Source of the DNA: an uncultured beta proteobacterium
Lineage (GTDB): Bacteria > Pseudomonadota > Gammaproteobacteria > Burkholderiales > Casimicrobiaceae
Assembly (NCBI GenBank): GCA_963742965.1
Contig: CAVUOC010000006.1
Location: forward strand, 5,967-69,966
Direction: 5' to 3'
Length of the DNA: 64,000 bases
Shown here: positions 54,722 through 64,000 of the stretch, piece by piece
How the letters are laid out: every line of letters begins with the position of its first letter
Position numbering within the stretch: position 1 is the stretch's first letter
Translations under genes and position numbers: made by a program
Notes under the pieces: generated by a model
The model's database searches: none
Seen by the model: the letters and a program-made list of their open reading frames with translations, nothing else
Told to the model about the DNA's origin: nothing

Positions 54722-55561
54722 CTACTTGCGGATATCGGCCTCGAGGAGCGCGCGGAGCTCCTTCGTCACCTTCGGCATCACGCCGAACCACTTCTCGAAG
54801 CCGAAGCCGGCCTGGTGCAGCAGCATGCCGAGGCCGTCGACGATCCGATGGCCGCGCGCGCGCGCCTGCGCGAGCAGCGGCGTCTCGAGCGGCACGTAGA
54901 CGACGTCGTAGACCACCGCGCTGCTGCTTCAACGGAGCAAGGTCGATCTCGAGCGGCGGCTTTCCGACCATGCCGAGCGACGTGCAGTTGACGAGAAGAT
55001 CGGCGCTCGGGAGCAACGCGGGCAGCGCGTCGAAGCCGTGACCGCTGACGTGCGGGCCGAAATGCTCGGCGAGCGCGCGGGCGCGCTCGATCGTGCGGTT
55101 GGCGAGCGACGACGTCGGCGCCGCGCTCGAGCAACGCGTACGCCGCCGAGCGCGCCGCGCCGCCCGCGCCCAGTATCACGACACGGCATCCGGCAACGTC
55201 CCACCCGGGCGCGAGCTCGTCGAGGTTCGCGATGAAGCCGTGCGGATCGGAATTGCTGCCCATGAGCCGCGTCGCCTTCGTACCAGACCGTGTTGACCGC
55301 GCCGACCGCTTCGGCGATGCCGTCGCGCTGGGCGACGAGCCGGTACGCGGCTTCCTTGTGCGGGACGGTGATGTTGCCGCCGACGTAGCCGTTGTCGGCG
55401 AGATGCGTGAAGAAGTCGGCGAACGCCTCGGGCGTTCGGTCGACGAGCTCGTAGCGGCCCGCGATGCCCAGCTGCGCGAGCCAGTAGCCGTGAATCATCG
55501 GCGAGCGCGAATGCGAGATCGGGTGGCCCATCACGCAGGCGCGCCGTACGGCACTGTTCAC
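54722..55561 (-). pseudogene. aroE: shikimate dehydrogenase, 3 frame breaks (each one extra base)
   Basis: GTG 55561 after AAAGG. ..[42 protein letters not shown] / [36 protein letters not shown] / [24 protein letters not shown].. / [24 protein letters not shown]... Frames of ORFs 54929, 54778, 54696 and 54722. Confidence 0.8.
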
Positions 55562-55645
55562 GATGCGACCTTTCGTGCTTTCATGTTCGGCGGCTGAGGC
55601 GGCCCCGGTGCCTTGCGCCGCCGGAATCGAATCGGGAATTCTAGC

Positions 55646-56901
55646 TTGAAAGTTCTGTTTCGCGCCCTCGTGGTGCTTCATCGTCGCGCTGCCGTTTCTG
55701 GCGATCGCGGCGGTGCTGATGTGCTTCCAGGACCGGCCGCTCGTCTCGACGACCGTGCAGCTCACTCCGCACGACATCGAGAAGGCGAAGCGCATCCTCG
55801 ACGCGCACGATCCGCGCAAAGCCGGTCGCGACGGACTGCAAACGGTGGCGATCGACGAGCGCGACCTCGAGACGACGCTGAACTACCTCGCGAGCCGCAT
55901 CGGACACGGCTCGGTGCGCGTCGTGCTGCGTCCGGGAGCGGCGTCGGCTGCAGGGGACCGTCGAGCTGCCGCGCAGTCCGATCGGCCGCTACGTGAACAT
56001 CGATGCCGCGTTGCACGAAACCGGCGCGCTGCCGCGTTTCGACCACCTGAAGATCGGCAGCGTCCCGGTGCCGGGCGTGCTCGCCGACTACCTGCTGCGC
56101 GAGGGCCTTCGACGGGCCGTCGAGACGGATCGCGGCGGTCTCGCCGCCGACGTCGTCAAGGACGTGAAGGTCGGCGACGGGCGCCTCACCGTGACGTATC
56201 AATGGAACGACGCCGTCGCCGAGCGCGCGCGCGCGGTGCTGGTCGCTCCGGAGGATCAGGCGCGGCTGCGCGTCTATCACGACCGTCTGGTCGAGGTCGT
56301 CGCGCAGGCGCCGAACAAGGTCTCGCTGGCGACGCTGATGCCGCCGCTGTTCCTCCTCGCGCTCGATCGCGGGGCGACCGGCGACATCGTCCGCGAGACG
56401 CGCGCCGCGATCGTCGTGCTGGCGTTCTACTCGAACGGGAAGGGACTCGGCGAGATCGTATCGGCGGCGAGGCAATGGCCGCAGCCGGCGCGGCGCACGG
56501 TGACGCTCGCCGGCCGCGACGATTTCCCCAAGCACTTCCTGATTTCCGCGGCCATCGCGGCCCAGGCCGGAACGCCGCTCGCCGATGCGATCGGCGTCTA
56601 CAAGGAGATCGACGACTCGCGCGGCGGCAGCGGGTTTTCGTTCAACGACATCGGCGCCGATCGCGCGGGCACGCGTTTCGGCGAGGTGGCATCGCAGTCG
56701 CCGGAGCGCGCGCGCAAGCTCGCGCGCGCCGTCGCCGCCGGCGTGAAAGAGTCCGACTTCATGCCCGACGTTTCGGATCTGCCGGAGTTCATGCAGGAAG
56801 CCGAGTTCAAGCGGCGCTACGGCGGCGTCGGCGGCGCGGGTTACAACAAGATGATGGCGACGATCGAGGCGCGCGTCGCGTCGCGCCCGCTGCTCCGATA
56901 G
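55646..56901 (+). pseudogene. membrane-anchored protein of unknown function, 2 frame breaks; start uncertain
   Basis: Proposed TTG 55646 (LKVLFRALVVL) / FIVALPFLAIAAVLMCFQDRPLVSTTVQLTPHDIEKAKRILD..VRVVLRPGAA / LQGTVELPRSPIGRYVNIDAALHE.. then ORF 55993..56901 (302 aa, ..GGSGFSFNDIGADRAGTRFGEVA..). I recognise no family. Confidence 0.4.
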
Positions 56902-56971
56902 CCTGCTGCAGCGCTCCGCGCCAGATGCGCTAAGCTTTGAGTCCGCGGCAACCGTCGGCACGAGGAGGCGT

Positions 56972-57457
<486 letters not shown>

Positions 57458-57474
57458 ATTCGAGGAGACCCGCG

Positions 57475-59692
57475 ATGACAACGACCTCGCGCGGCAAGAC
57501 GACGAATCTCTCGCGCCGCAGGTTCCTGGTGAGCTCGGCCGCCGCAGGCGGCGGGCTCGCGCTCGGCTTTCAGCTTCCGTTCGCGGTGGCCGAAGCCGCG
57601 ACGCAGACCGCCGCGCCGGTTCCGGAGATCAATGCGTGGGTTGTCGTGAAGCCCGACAGCACCTGCGTGATCCGCATCGCGCGCTCGGAGATGGGGCAGG
57701 GGACGCTCACCGGTCTCGCCCAGCTCGTCGCCGAGGAGCTCGAGTGCGACTGGAAGAAGGTGACGCACCGAGTCGCCGACGCCGGGCGAGAACCTCGCGC
57801 GCAAACGCGTGTGGGGCGAGATGGGAACCGGCGGAAGCCGCGGGATCCGGACGTCCGAAGACTACGTTCGCCGCGGCGGCGCCGCGGCGCGGATGATGCT
57901 CTTGCAGGCGGCCGCCAACGAATGGAAAGTGCCGGTCGCCGAGCTCACGGTGTCCAACGGCGTCATCACGCACGCCGCGTCGAAGCGCACGACGACGTAC
58001 GGCAAGGTCGCTGCGGCCGCGGCGAAGCTTCCGCCGCCCGACGAGAAGAGCATCAAGCTCAAGGATCCGAAGGAGTGGAAGATCGCCGGCAAGCCGCTGC
58101 AGCGGCTCGACACGGCGCCGAAGCTCGACGGCAGCCTCGTCTACGCGATCGACGTCAAGCTGCCCGGAATGAAGTGCGCGGCGATCAAGGCGAGCCCCGT
58201 TTTCGGCGGCAAGCTCGTGAGCTTCGACGAAAGCAAGATCGCCGGAAGGGCCGGCGCGCCGCGCGCCGTCAAGGTGAACGACCGCACGGTGGCCGTCGTC
58301 GCCGACACGTGGTGGCGCGCGAAGTCCGCGCTCGACGCGCTGCCGATCGTCTGGGACGAAGGTCCTTCGGCATCGCAGACGAGCGCGACGATCGCCGAGC
58401 ATTTGAAGGAGGGCCTCACCGCGCCCGGCGCGTATGCGTATCGGCAGGAAGGCGACGCGCTGAAGGCGATCGACGGCGCTGCGAAGAAAGTCGAAGCCGT
58501 CTACAGCACGCCGTTCCTCGCGCACGCGACGATGGAGCCGATGAACTGCACGGCGAAGGTCACGGCGGACCGCGCCGAGGTGTGGGTGCCGACGCAAAAC
58601 GGCGAGGCGGCGCTCGCAGTGCTGTCCGAGGAGTCCGGCCTGCCGCTCGAGAAGTGCGAGGTCTACAAGCACGTGCTCGGCGGCGGATTCGGCCGCCGCG
58701 GCAGCACGCAGGATTACGTGCGCCAGGCGGCTGCGATCGCCAAGCAGTTCCCCGGCGTTCCGATCAAGATGATCTGGAGCCGCGAAGAGGACATGACGCA
58801 CGACTTCTACCGGCCGATCTCGCAGTGCCGGCTTGCCGCCGGCCTCGACGAGTCGGGCAAGCTCGTCGGCATGCACGTGCGCGTGTCGGGCCAGTCGATC
58901 AACGCGTTCAACAATTCGCCGCTCGCGAAGGACGGCAAGGACGAGCGGCAGATGCAGGGCTATTACGAGAAGCCCGGCGATGCGCAGCTGGGCTACACGT
59001 TCCCGAATCTGCTGATCGAGTACGCGATGCGCAACACGCACGTCCCCGTCGGGCCGTGGCGCGGCGTCAACACGAACCAGAACGCCGTCTACATGGAATG
59101 CTTCATCGACGAGGTGGCGAAGGCCGCGGGCGCGGATTCCGTCGAGTTCCGCCGGGCTCTGATGCAGAAGCATCCGAAGCACCTTGCGGTGCTCAACGCG
59201 GCGGCGGCGAAGGCCGATTGGGGCAAGCCGCTCCCCGCAGGCGTGCATCGCGGCGTCGCGCAGTTCATGGGTTACGGCAGCTATTCGGCGGCCGTCGCCG
59301 AGGTTTCGGTCAGCGCCGACGGCAAGGTCAAGGTCCATCGAATGGTGCTCGCGCTCGATTGCGGCCACGCGGTCAATCCCGCGCAGATCGCAGCGCAGGT
59401 CGAAGGATCGGTTGCATACGGGCTGAGCGCCGCGTTCTTCGGCGAATGCACGGTCGACAAGGGCCGCATCGTCGAGAGCAATTTCGACACCTACGAGATC
59501 CTGCGCCTCGTCGACATGCCGAAGGTCGAGACGGTGATCGTGCCGTCGTACGACTTCTGGGGCGGGGTCGGCGAGCCGACGATCTGCGTGGTCACGCCGG
59601 CGGTGCTCAACGCCATCTTCGCTGCGACCGGAAAACCCGTGCGCACGCTGCCGCTGAAGAGCCAGAAGATCGGGTTATCCGCGAAGGCATGA
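57475..59692 (+). pseudogene. molybdopterin-binding large subunit (IorB-like) with twin-arginine signal, one frame break
   Basis: ATG 57475 after GAGGAG. MTTTSRGKTTNLSRRRFLVSSAAAGGGLALG..IRIARSEMGQGTLTGLAQLVAEELECDWKKVTH (frame of 57097..) then ESPTPGENLARKRVWGEMGTGGSRGIRTS.. and ORF 57809..59692 (627 aa). One extra base near 57772. Confidence 0.85.
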
Positions 59693-60204
59693 GTCCGGCG
59701 AGCCATGGCGCCAGAGGCCGCTGCGTTCGAGCCCGCGCTCGAACGCGGCGTCGCTCGAAGATCGCGGGCATCGTTGCGAGCGGCCTTGTGGCGGCCGCGC
59801 ACGTCGCCGCGGCCGCCGATCCGGTGCCCGATGCGCTCGTCCCCTATCGCGTCGTCGCCGACGGAATACCGGAGCCGCTCGCAACGGGTGACGCCGCGCG
59901 CGGGAAGGCGCTGCTCGCTGCGCGCGATCCCGCGAACTGCGTGCTGTGCCACTCGGTGCCGGACGCCTCGATCCCGTTTGCGGGCAACGTCGGACCGCCG
60001 CTCGCCGGCGTCGGAGCGCGGCTCTCGACGGCGCAGCTGCGCTTGCGCGTCGTCGACAACATGCGCGTCAACTCGCAGACGATCATGCCGAGCTATTACA
60101 AGGTCGCCGGCCTCGAGCGCGTCGCCACTGCGTTCCGCGGCAAGCCGATCCTGACGGCGCCGCAGGTCGAAGACGTCGTCGCCTATCTCGGGACGCTGCG
60201 ATGA
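59689..60204 (+). CDS. soxX: monohaem c-type cytochrome SoxX
   Basis: ATG 59689 overlaps the iorB-like stop (ATGA). Signal-like ..IAGIVASGLVAAAHVAAAA; one CxxCH (CVLCH). ..STAQLRLRVVDNMRVNSQTIMPSYYKV..ILTAPQVEDVVAYLGTLR matches the SoxX C-terminal pattern as I remember it. Confidence 0.8.
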   Translation: MSPASHGARGRCVRARARTRRRSKIAGIVASGLVAAAHVAAAADPVPDALVPYRVVADGIPEPLATGDAARGKALLAARDPANCVLCHSVPDASIPFAGNVGPPLAGVGARLSTAQLRLRVVDNMRVNSQTIMPSYYKVAGLERVATAFRGKPILTAPQVEDVVAYLGTLR

Positions 60205-60672
60205 ACAGCGACGCGCTGCACCGCCTCGCGCGGCGCCGTGCGCTCCAGGCAGGCGGCGCGCTGTTGCTCGCGCCGTGGCTGCCTGCGCTGCGCCGCCGAC
60301 CGCGACGTCGCCGACGTTCCCGCGCTCGCGGCGTTCCTCGCCGGCCGCGTGCCGCGCTGGGAGCGCATCCGGCTCGATCTGCCGCGCCTCGCCGACAACG
60401 GTCAGGCGGTGCCGATGAAGATCGTCGTCGACGGGCCGTTCGCGCCGGGACCCTACGTCAAGGTGATCCGGTTGTTTTCGCAGCGCAATCCGGTCCCGGA
60501 AATGGCGACGTTCGAGTTTCCGGTCGCAGTCGAGCGCATCGAGGTCGAATCGCGGATCCGCCTTGCAGGCACGCAGCGCATCGTCGCGGTCGCGACGATG
60601 AGCGACGAGGCGCTCTACGCGGCAGGGGCCGACGTCGTCGTGACGATCGACGCCTGCATGGACGGCACCTGA
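60201..60672 (+). pseudogene. SoxY-like sulfur-carrier family protein with non-canonical C-terminus (..VTIDACMDGT); frame break in the leader
   Basis: ATG 60201 overlaps the soxX stop (ATGA). Tat-like leader MNSDALHRLARRRALQAGGALLLAPWLPAL (frame of 59946..) then AADRDVADVPALAAFLAG..PRLADNGQAVPMKIVVDG..IRLAGTQRIVAVATMSDEALYAAGADVVVTIDACMDGT (ORF 60238..60672). One extra base near 60290. Immediately followed by soxZ. Confidence 0.7.
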
Positions 60673-60678
60673 GAGCCC

Positions 60679-60999
60679 ATGCCCGACGCACGCATCAATA
60701 TTCCTGCGGAAGTCCCGCGCGGAAAGCCGTTCGAGGTGCGCATCCTGATACGGCACCCGATGGAAACGGGCTACCGCACCGATGACGGCGGCAAGCAGAT
60801 CGCGCGCAACGTGCTCACCACGCTCACGTGCCGCTACAACGGCGAGGCCGTGTTCTCTGCCCGGTTGAGCTCGGGAATCGCCGCGAATCCTTACCTGCGA
60901 TTCTTCGTCACCGCTCGCGAATCGGGCCCGCTCGCGTTCGAATGGGTCGACGACCGCGGGGTTCGAGGGGATGAGCGCGCGGCGGTGACTGTCGTCTGA
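60679..60999 (+). CDS. soxZ: thiosulfate-oxidation carrier complex protein SoxZ
   Basis: ORF 60679..60999, 106 aa: ..GKPFEVRILIRHPMETGYR..IARNVLTTLTCRYNGEAVFSARLSSGIAANPYLRFF.. Confidence 0.85.
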   Translation: MPDARINIPAEVPRGKPFEVRILIRHPMETGYRTDDGGKQIARNVLTTLTCRYNGEAVFSARLSSGIAANPYLRFFVTARESGPLAFEWVDDRGVRGDERAAVTVV

Positions 61000-61775
61000 T
61001 GTGGCGTTTGCTGGCGGCCGTCGTCGCGTGCTGCGCGGCCAGCGTTTCGGCGCAGCAGCGAGCGGTGCCGCTCTCCGCGTTACGCTCCGGCATAACGTTC
61101 GCCGGCGCCGACGTGCGGGCGATGCAGGCGGACGAGCTGGCAAATCCCGGCTTGCTGTGGGTCGAGCGCGGCGAGAAGCTGTGGAACGCCGCGGCGGGAA
61201 CGTCGGGCAAGAGCTGTGCGTCGTGCCACGGCGCGGCGCCGTCGTCGATGCACGGCGTCGCCGCCCATTATCCGAAGTTCGACGCCGATGCGGGCGCCGT
61301 GCTCGATCTCGATGCGCGCATCGTCGACTGCCGCACTCGACGCCAGCAGGCACCGCCATTGGCACGCGAGTCGGACGACCTGCTCGCGCTCACTGCGTAC
61401 GTCGCGTATCAGTCGCGCGGCGTGCCGCTCGCGGTCGCCATCGACGGCCCGGCGCGCGCCGCGTTCGAGCGTGGCCGCGAGTTCTACGCGCAGCGGCACG
61501 GGCAGATGAATCTCGGCTGCACGCATTGCCACGACCAGAGCTGGGGCAAGCGCCTTCTCGGCGAGACGATCAGCCAGGGACACGGGACGGGATTTCCGGC
61601 CTATCGTCTCGAGTGGCAGGGCCTGGGATCGCTGCAGCGAAGGCTCAGGGCGTGCCTCTTCGGCATTCGCGCCGAGATGCCGCCGGCGGGTGCGCCGGAG
61701 TTGACCGACCTCGAGCTCTACCTCGCATGGCGCGCGCAGGGGCTGCCGATCGAGGCGCCCGGCGTGCGCCGCTAG
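60999..61775 (+). CDS. soxA: dihaem c-type cytochrome SoxA
   Basis: ORF 60999..61775; the ATG overlaps the soxZ stop (TGATG). Signal peptide MWRLLAAVVACCAASVSAQQ; CASCH and CTHCH; ..GFPAYRLEWQGLGSLQRRLRACLFGIRAE.. contains the conserved distal Cys. Confidence 0.85.
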   Translation: MWRLLAAVVACCAASVSAQQRAVPLSALRSGITFAGADVRAMQADELANPGLLWVERGEKLWNAAAGTSGKSCASCHGAAPSSMHGVAAHYPKFDADAGAVLDLDARIVDCRTRRQQAPPLARESDDLLALTAYVAYQSRGVPLAVAIDGPARAAFERGREFYAQRHGQMNLGCTHCHDQSWGKRLLGETISQGHGTGFPAYRLEWQGLGSLQRRLRACLFGIRAEMPPAGAPELTDLELYLAWRAQGLPIEAPGVRR

Positions 61776-61778
61776 GCG

Positions 61779-62846
61779 TCACAGCTTACCGGCGTAATCG
61801 CGATTCGACTGCTTGAGCCGCGCGTCGTTGCCGAAATACGCGTGCTTCGACATGTCGGCCGAGTAGCGGCTCGCCGGCGGCGTGCGGCCGAGCGCCTCGG
61901 CGATGCTGCGGATGTGATGCGGCATCGCTCCGCAACAGAGCCCGAAGTAGCGCACGCCGAGCGCGAGCGCTTCCTTGGCGAAGAGCGCGATCTCGAAGCG
62001 GTTGCACGTGAAGGGCTCGAGCGCGACCGGAAACGGCATGTCGCCCGGTATGCACGAGCAGTTGCCGTCGCGCAACGACTGAAACGTCGGCTCGCGGTCG
62101 TGCGTGCGAAAAGGCACGGGCAATGCAGCAACCGGAACGTCCACCGCGCGAACGATCTTCGCGATCAATGGCAGCATCGTGCGCGGACCGCGGATGCAGT
62201 TGAGACCGACGACATCGGCGCCGGCGTCGGCGAGCATCCTGCAGCAATCCTCGGGCGTGAGGCCGTCGCGCGTGAGCGGCTCGCGGTGGATCGTCATCGT
62301 CACCGCCGCCCGCAACCCGGCGGCCTTGATGATGTCGAGCGCCATTTTCGCTTCCGAGCCATACGAGAACGTCTCGGCGATCACGTAGTCGACGCCTGCT
62401 TCGGCGGCCCAGCCGACCTGCTCCTCGAACATCGCGCGGCTCGCGTCCTTGCTCGAGGTGTCGGCCGGGTCGTACACGTTCGTGTTGCAGATATCGCCGG
62501 CGAAGAGCGCACCCGTTTCCCCGGCGACCTTCTTCGCGATCGAGAGCGCGTGGCGGTTCATCGCCTCGAGCTGGTGCTCGCGCCCGATGATGCGCAGCTT
62601 CTCGCGGTGCGCGTAATAGGTGAACGCTTCGACGACGTCCGATCCGGCGTGCACGAAATCGCGGTGCACCTGCTCGACGACGCCGGGGTGGTCGAGCACC
62701 GCTTCCGGAACGAACGCCCCGGCCTGGACGTAGCCGCGGCGCTCGAGCTCGAACAGGTAACCCTCGGCGCAGATGATCGGACCCTCGGCGAGACGCTCGA
62801 CGAGTCCCTTCCGCGAGTTGCGATCGGACGCCAATGCATTCTCCAT
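61779..62846 (-). CDS. homocysteine S-methyltransferase family protein (betaine-homocysteine methyltransferase-like)
   Basis: ORF 61779..62861. ATG 62846 is preferred over GTG 62861, which would overlap the upstream gene. ..GPIICAEGYLFELERRGY..GSDVVEAFTYYA..VGLNC..GLCCGAMPHHIR (Zn-binding Cys pattern). Confidence 0.75.
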   Translation of the reverse strand: MENALASDRNSRKGLVERLAEGPIICAEGYLFELERRGYVQAGAFVPEAVLDHPGVVEQVHRDFVHAGSDVVEAFTYYAHREKLRIIGREHQLEAMNRHALSIAKKVAGETGALFAGDICNTNVYDPADTSSKDASRAMFEEQVGWAAEAGVDYVIAETFSYGSEAKMALDIIKAAGLRAAVTMTIHREPLTRDGLTPEDCCRMLADAGADVVGLNCIRGPRTMLPLIAKIVRAVDVPVAALPVPFRTHDREPTFQSLRDGNCSCIPGDMPFPVALEPFTCNRFEIALFAKEALALGVRYFGLCCGAMPHHIRSIAEALGRTPPASRYSADMSKHAYFGNDARLKQSNRDYAGKL

Positions 62847-62851
62847 TGCGC

Positions 62852-64000
62852 TCACACCCACGGACAGTGGCTGTTGCTCGCGCCGAACGTCTTGCCGTTG
62901 GCGAAGCGCGACAAGGCGAACGGATCGAGCTCGGCGACGCGGTCCCCGCGGCCGATGAGCCTTGCGACGAGCTTGCCCACGCCGGTCATCTTGAAGCCGT
63001 GATTGCTGTCGGCGATCATGTAGACGTTGGGCGCGATCCAGTCGAAGACCGGCACGTTGTCGGGGGTGAACGCGCCGATGCCGCCGTTGCGCCGCTCGCG
63101 GAAATTCTTGCGGCTGCCCTCGAAGCGGCCCATCAGCTGACCCATCGCCGCCGTCAGATAGTCGGCGAATTCCGGCTCCGCCTGATACTCGTCGTTTTCG
63201 TGGCCGTAAGGATCCGTCACCGCCTTCGGACCGATCCTGATCGGGATCGTGCCGCCCTGCACGCCTGGCCGGTCCATCCGCTCGGCCCCGTTCTTCCAGT
63301 ACACGTACAGGTGATCGGCGAGCATCCTGTCGCTCGCTTTATCGATGACCGGCGTGTTCATCAGCTCGACGTGCAGCACCGGCGGGTCGAGGTCGTCGAC
63401 GGTGCGATACGGCTTGTCGACATACACTTCGCCTTCCAGCAGGCGCCAGTACGTCCACATGTCCTTGCGGATCGTCGCGCCGTCGGCGTAGCGGGCATCG
63501 ATCTCCATCGGCTTGCCGAGCATCGCCCAGTGCTTCGGCGTCCACGCGCCCAGCCCGAGCACGACCACCTCGCAGCCGATGTCGCCGCGATTGGTGCGCA
63601 CGCGCGATACGACGTCGCCGGTCCTGTCGTAGCCGAGCACTTCCACGCCCGGGAGGATCCGCACCCCGTGATCGCGGCACTTCTGCGCGAGGCCCGCAAC
63701 GGCTTGCCTCGTGCCCGCGTACCCGCTCACCTTTTCGTGCAGCACGACGTCGATGCCGTCGGTCTTGAAGTCGGGCCAGATCTTTTTCAGGAACTTCTTC
63801 GCTTCGGTGCCCTGAAAGAGCTCCGACGGGTAGCCGGCCCGGGCCTGGCTCGCTTGCAGCCTCTCGTAGTCGGACGCCTGGTTCGCTTCGCCCGCCGAAA
63901 CGTAGCCGACCTGCTGGAAGCCGAGCGCGACCGGATCGCTCGTCCAGACGTCGACCGAATGACGCAGGATCGCGTGGATCGGCTCTGTCATGTACAGGTT
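62852..64000 (-). CDS. FAD-dependent oxidoreductase (DAO / sarcosine oxidase beta-like), 5' end outside the window
   Basis: ORF 62852..63991 lacks the N-terminal GxGxxG dinucleotide fold, so the gene must start beyond 64000. ..VVVLGLGAWTP..MIADSNHGFKMTGVGKLVA.. Confidence 0.65.
   Translation of the reverse strand, partial: NLYMTEPIHAILRHSVDVWTSDPVALGFQQVGYVSAGEANQASDYERLQASQARAGYPSELFQGTEAKKFLKKIWPDFKTDGIDVVLHEKVSGYAGTRQAVAGLAQKCRDHGVRILPGVEVLGYDRTGDVVSRVRTNRGDIGCEVVVLGLGAWTPKHWAMLGKPMEIDARYADGATIRKDMWTYWRLLEGEVYVDKPYRTVDDLDPPVLHVELMNTPVIDKASDRMLADHLYVYWKNGAERMDRPGVQGGTIPIRIGPKAVTDPYGHENDEYQAEPEFADYLTAAMGQLMGRFEGSRKNFRERRNGGIGAFTPDNVPVFDWIAPNVYMIADSNHGFKMTGVGKLVARLIGRGDRVAELDPFALSRFANGKTFGASNSHCPWV

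Overview
Very GC-rich chromosomal segment that looks betaproteobacterial. The taxon is an inference from Burkholderiales-like gene order and content: pilBCD-coaE-zapD, ffh next to rpsP-rimM-trmD-rplS, lpoA-yraN-gmhA/diaA-dolP divergent from rsmI, a Bug-family binding protein, and the box pathway. Gene content in order: a broken glycosyltransferase-like gene; zapD-coaE-pilD-pilC-pilB; corC-like and ypjD-like membrane proteins; ffh; rpsP-rimM-trmD-rplS; a J-domain/RDD/TPR membrane protein; hldC; dolP-gmhA-yraN-lpoA; rsmI; ureDABCEFG followed by urtABCDE; an HMG-CoA-lyase-like / family III CoA-transferase / Bug trio; a minus-strand udh, IlvD/Edd dehydratase, aldolase, hyi, glxR sugar-acid operon; class I fba and zwf; a secreted alpha/beta hydrolase with two tandem C-terminal modules; usp; boxB-boxC divergent from bclA plus a five-gene ABC importer and a hydrolase; DUF302; aroE; an orphan membrane protein; iorA-like, iorB-like, soxX, soxY-like, soxZ, soxA; a homocysteine-methyltransferase-like gene; and a truncated FAD oxidoreductase. 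Two things stand out. (1) 56972-61775 is a tightly coupled six-gene operon. It joins a periplasmic IorAB-type molybdoenzyme to SoxX, a SoxY-like carrier with a non-canonical C-terminal arm, SoxZ and SoxA, with no SoxB/SoxCD in reach. This is my best candidate for an undescribed system. (2) The sequence as given carries on the order of 80 single-base reading-frame breaks (hand count, approximate), mostly extra bases. They are strongly clustered (1-800, 33.0-37.7 kb, 40.3 kb, 41.6-47.7 kb, 50.5-55.9 kb), while ureC, urtABC and ffh are clean. Even rpsP has lost its stop codon. Broken genes are typed 'pseudogene' for the sequence as given, but most are suspected consensus errors. No rRNA, tRNA, CRISPR array, transposase or integrase was recognised.
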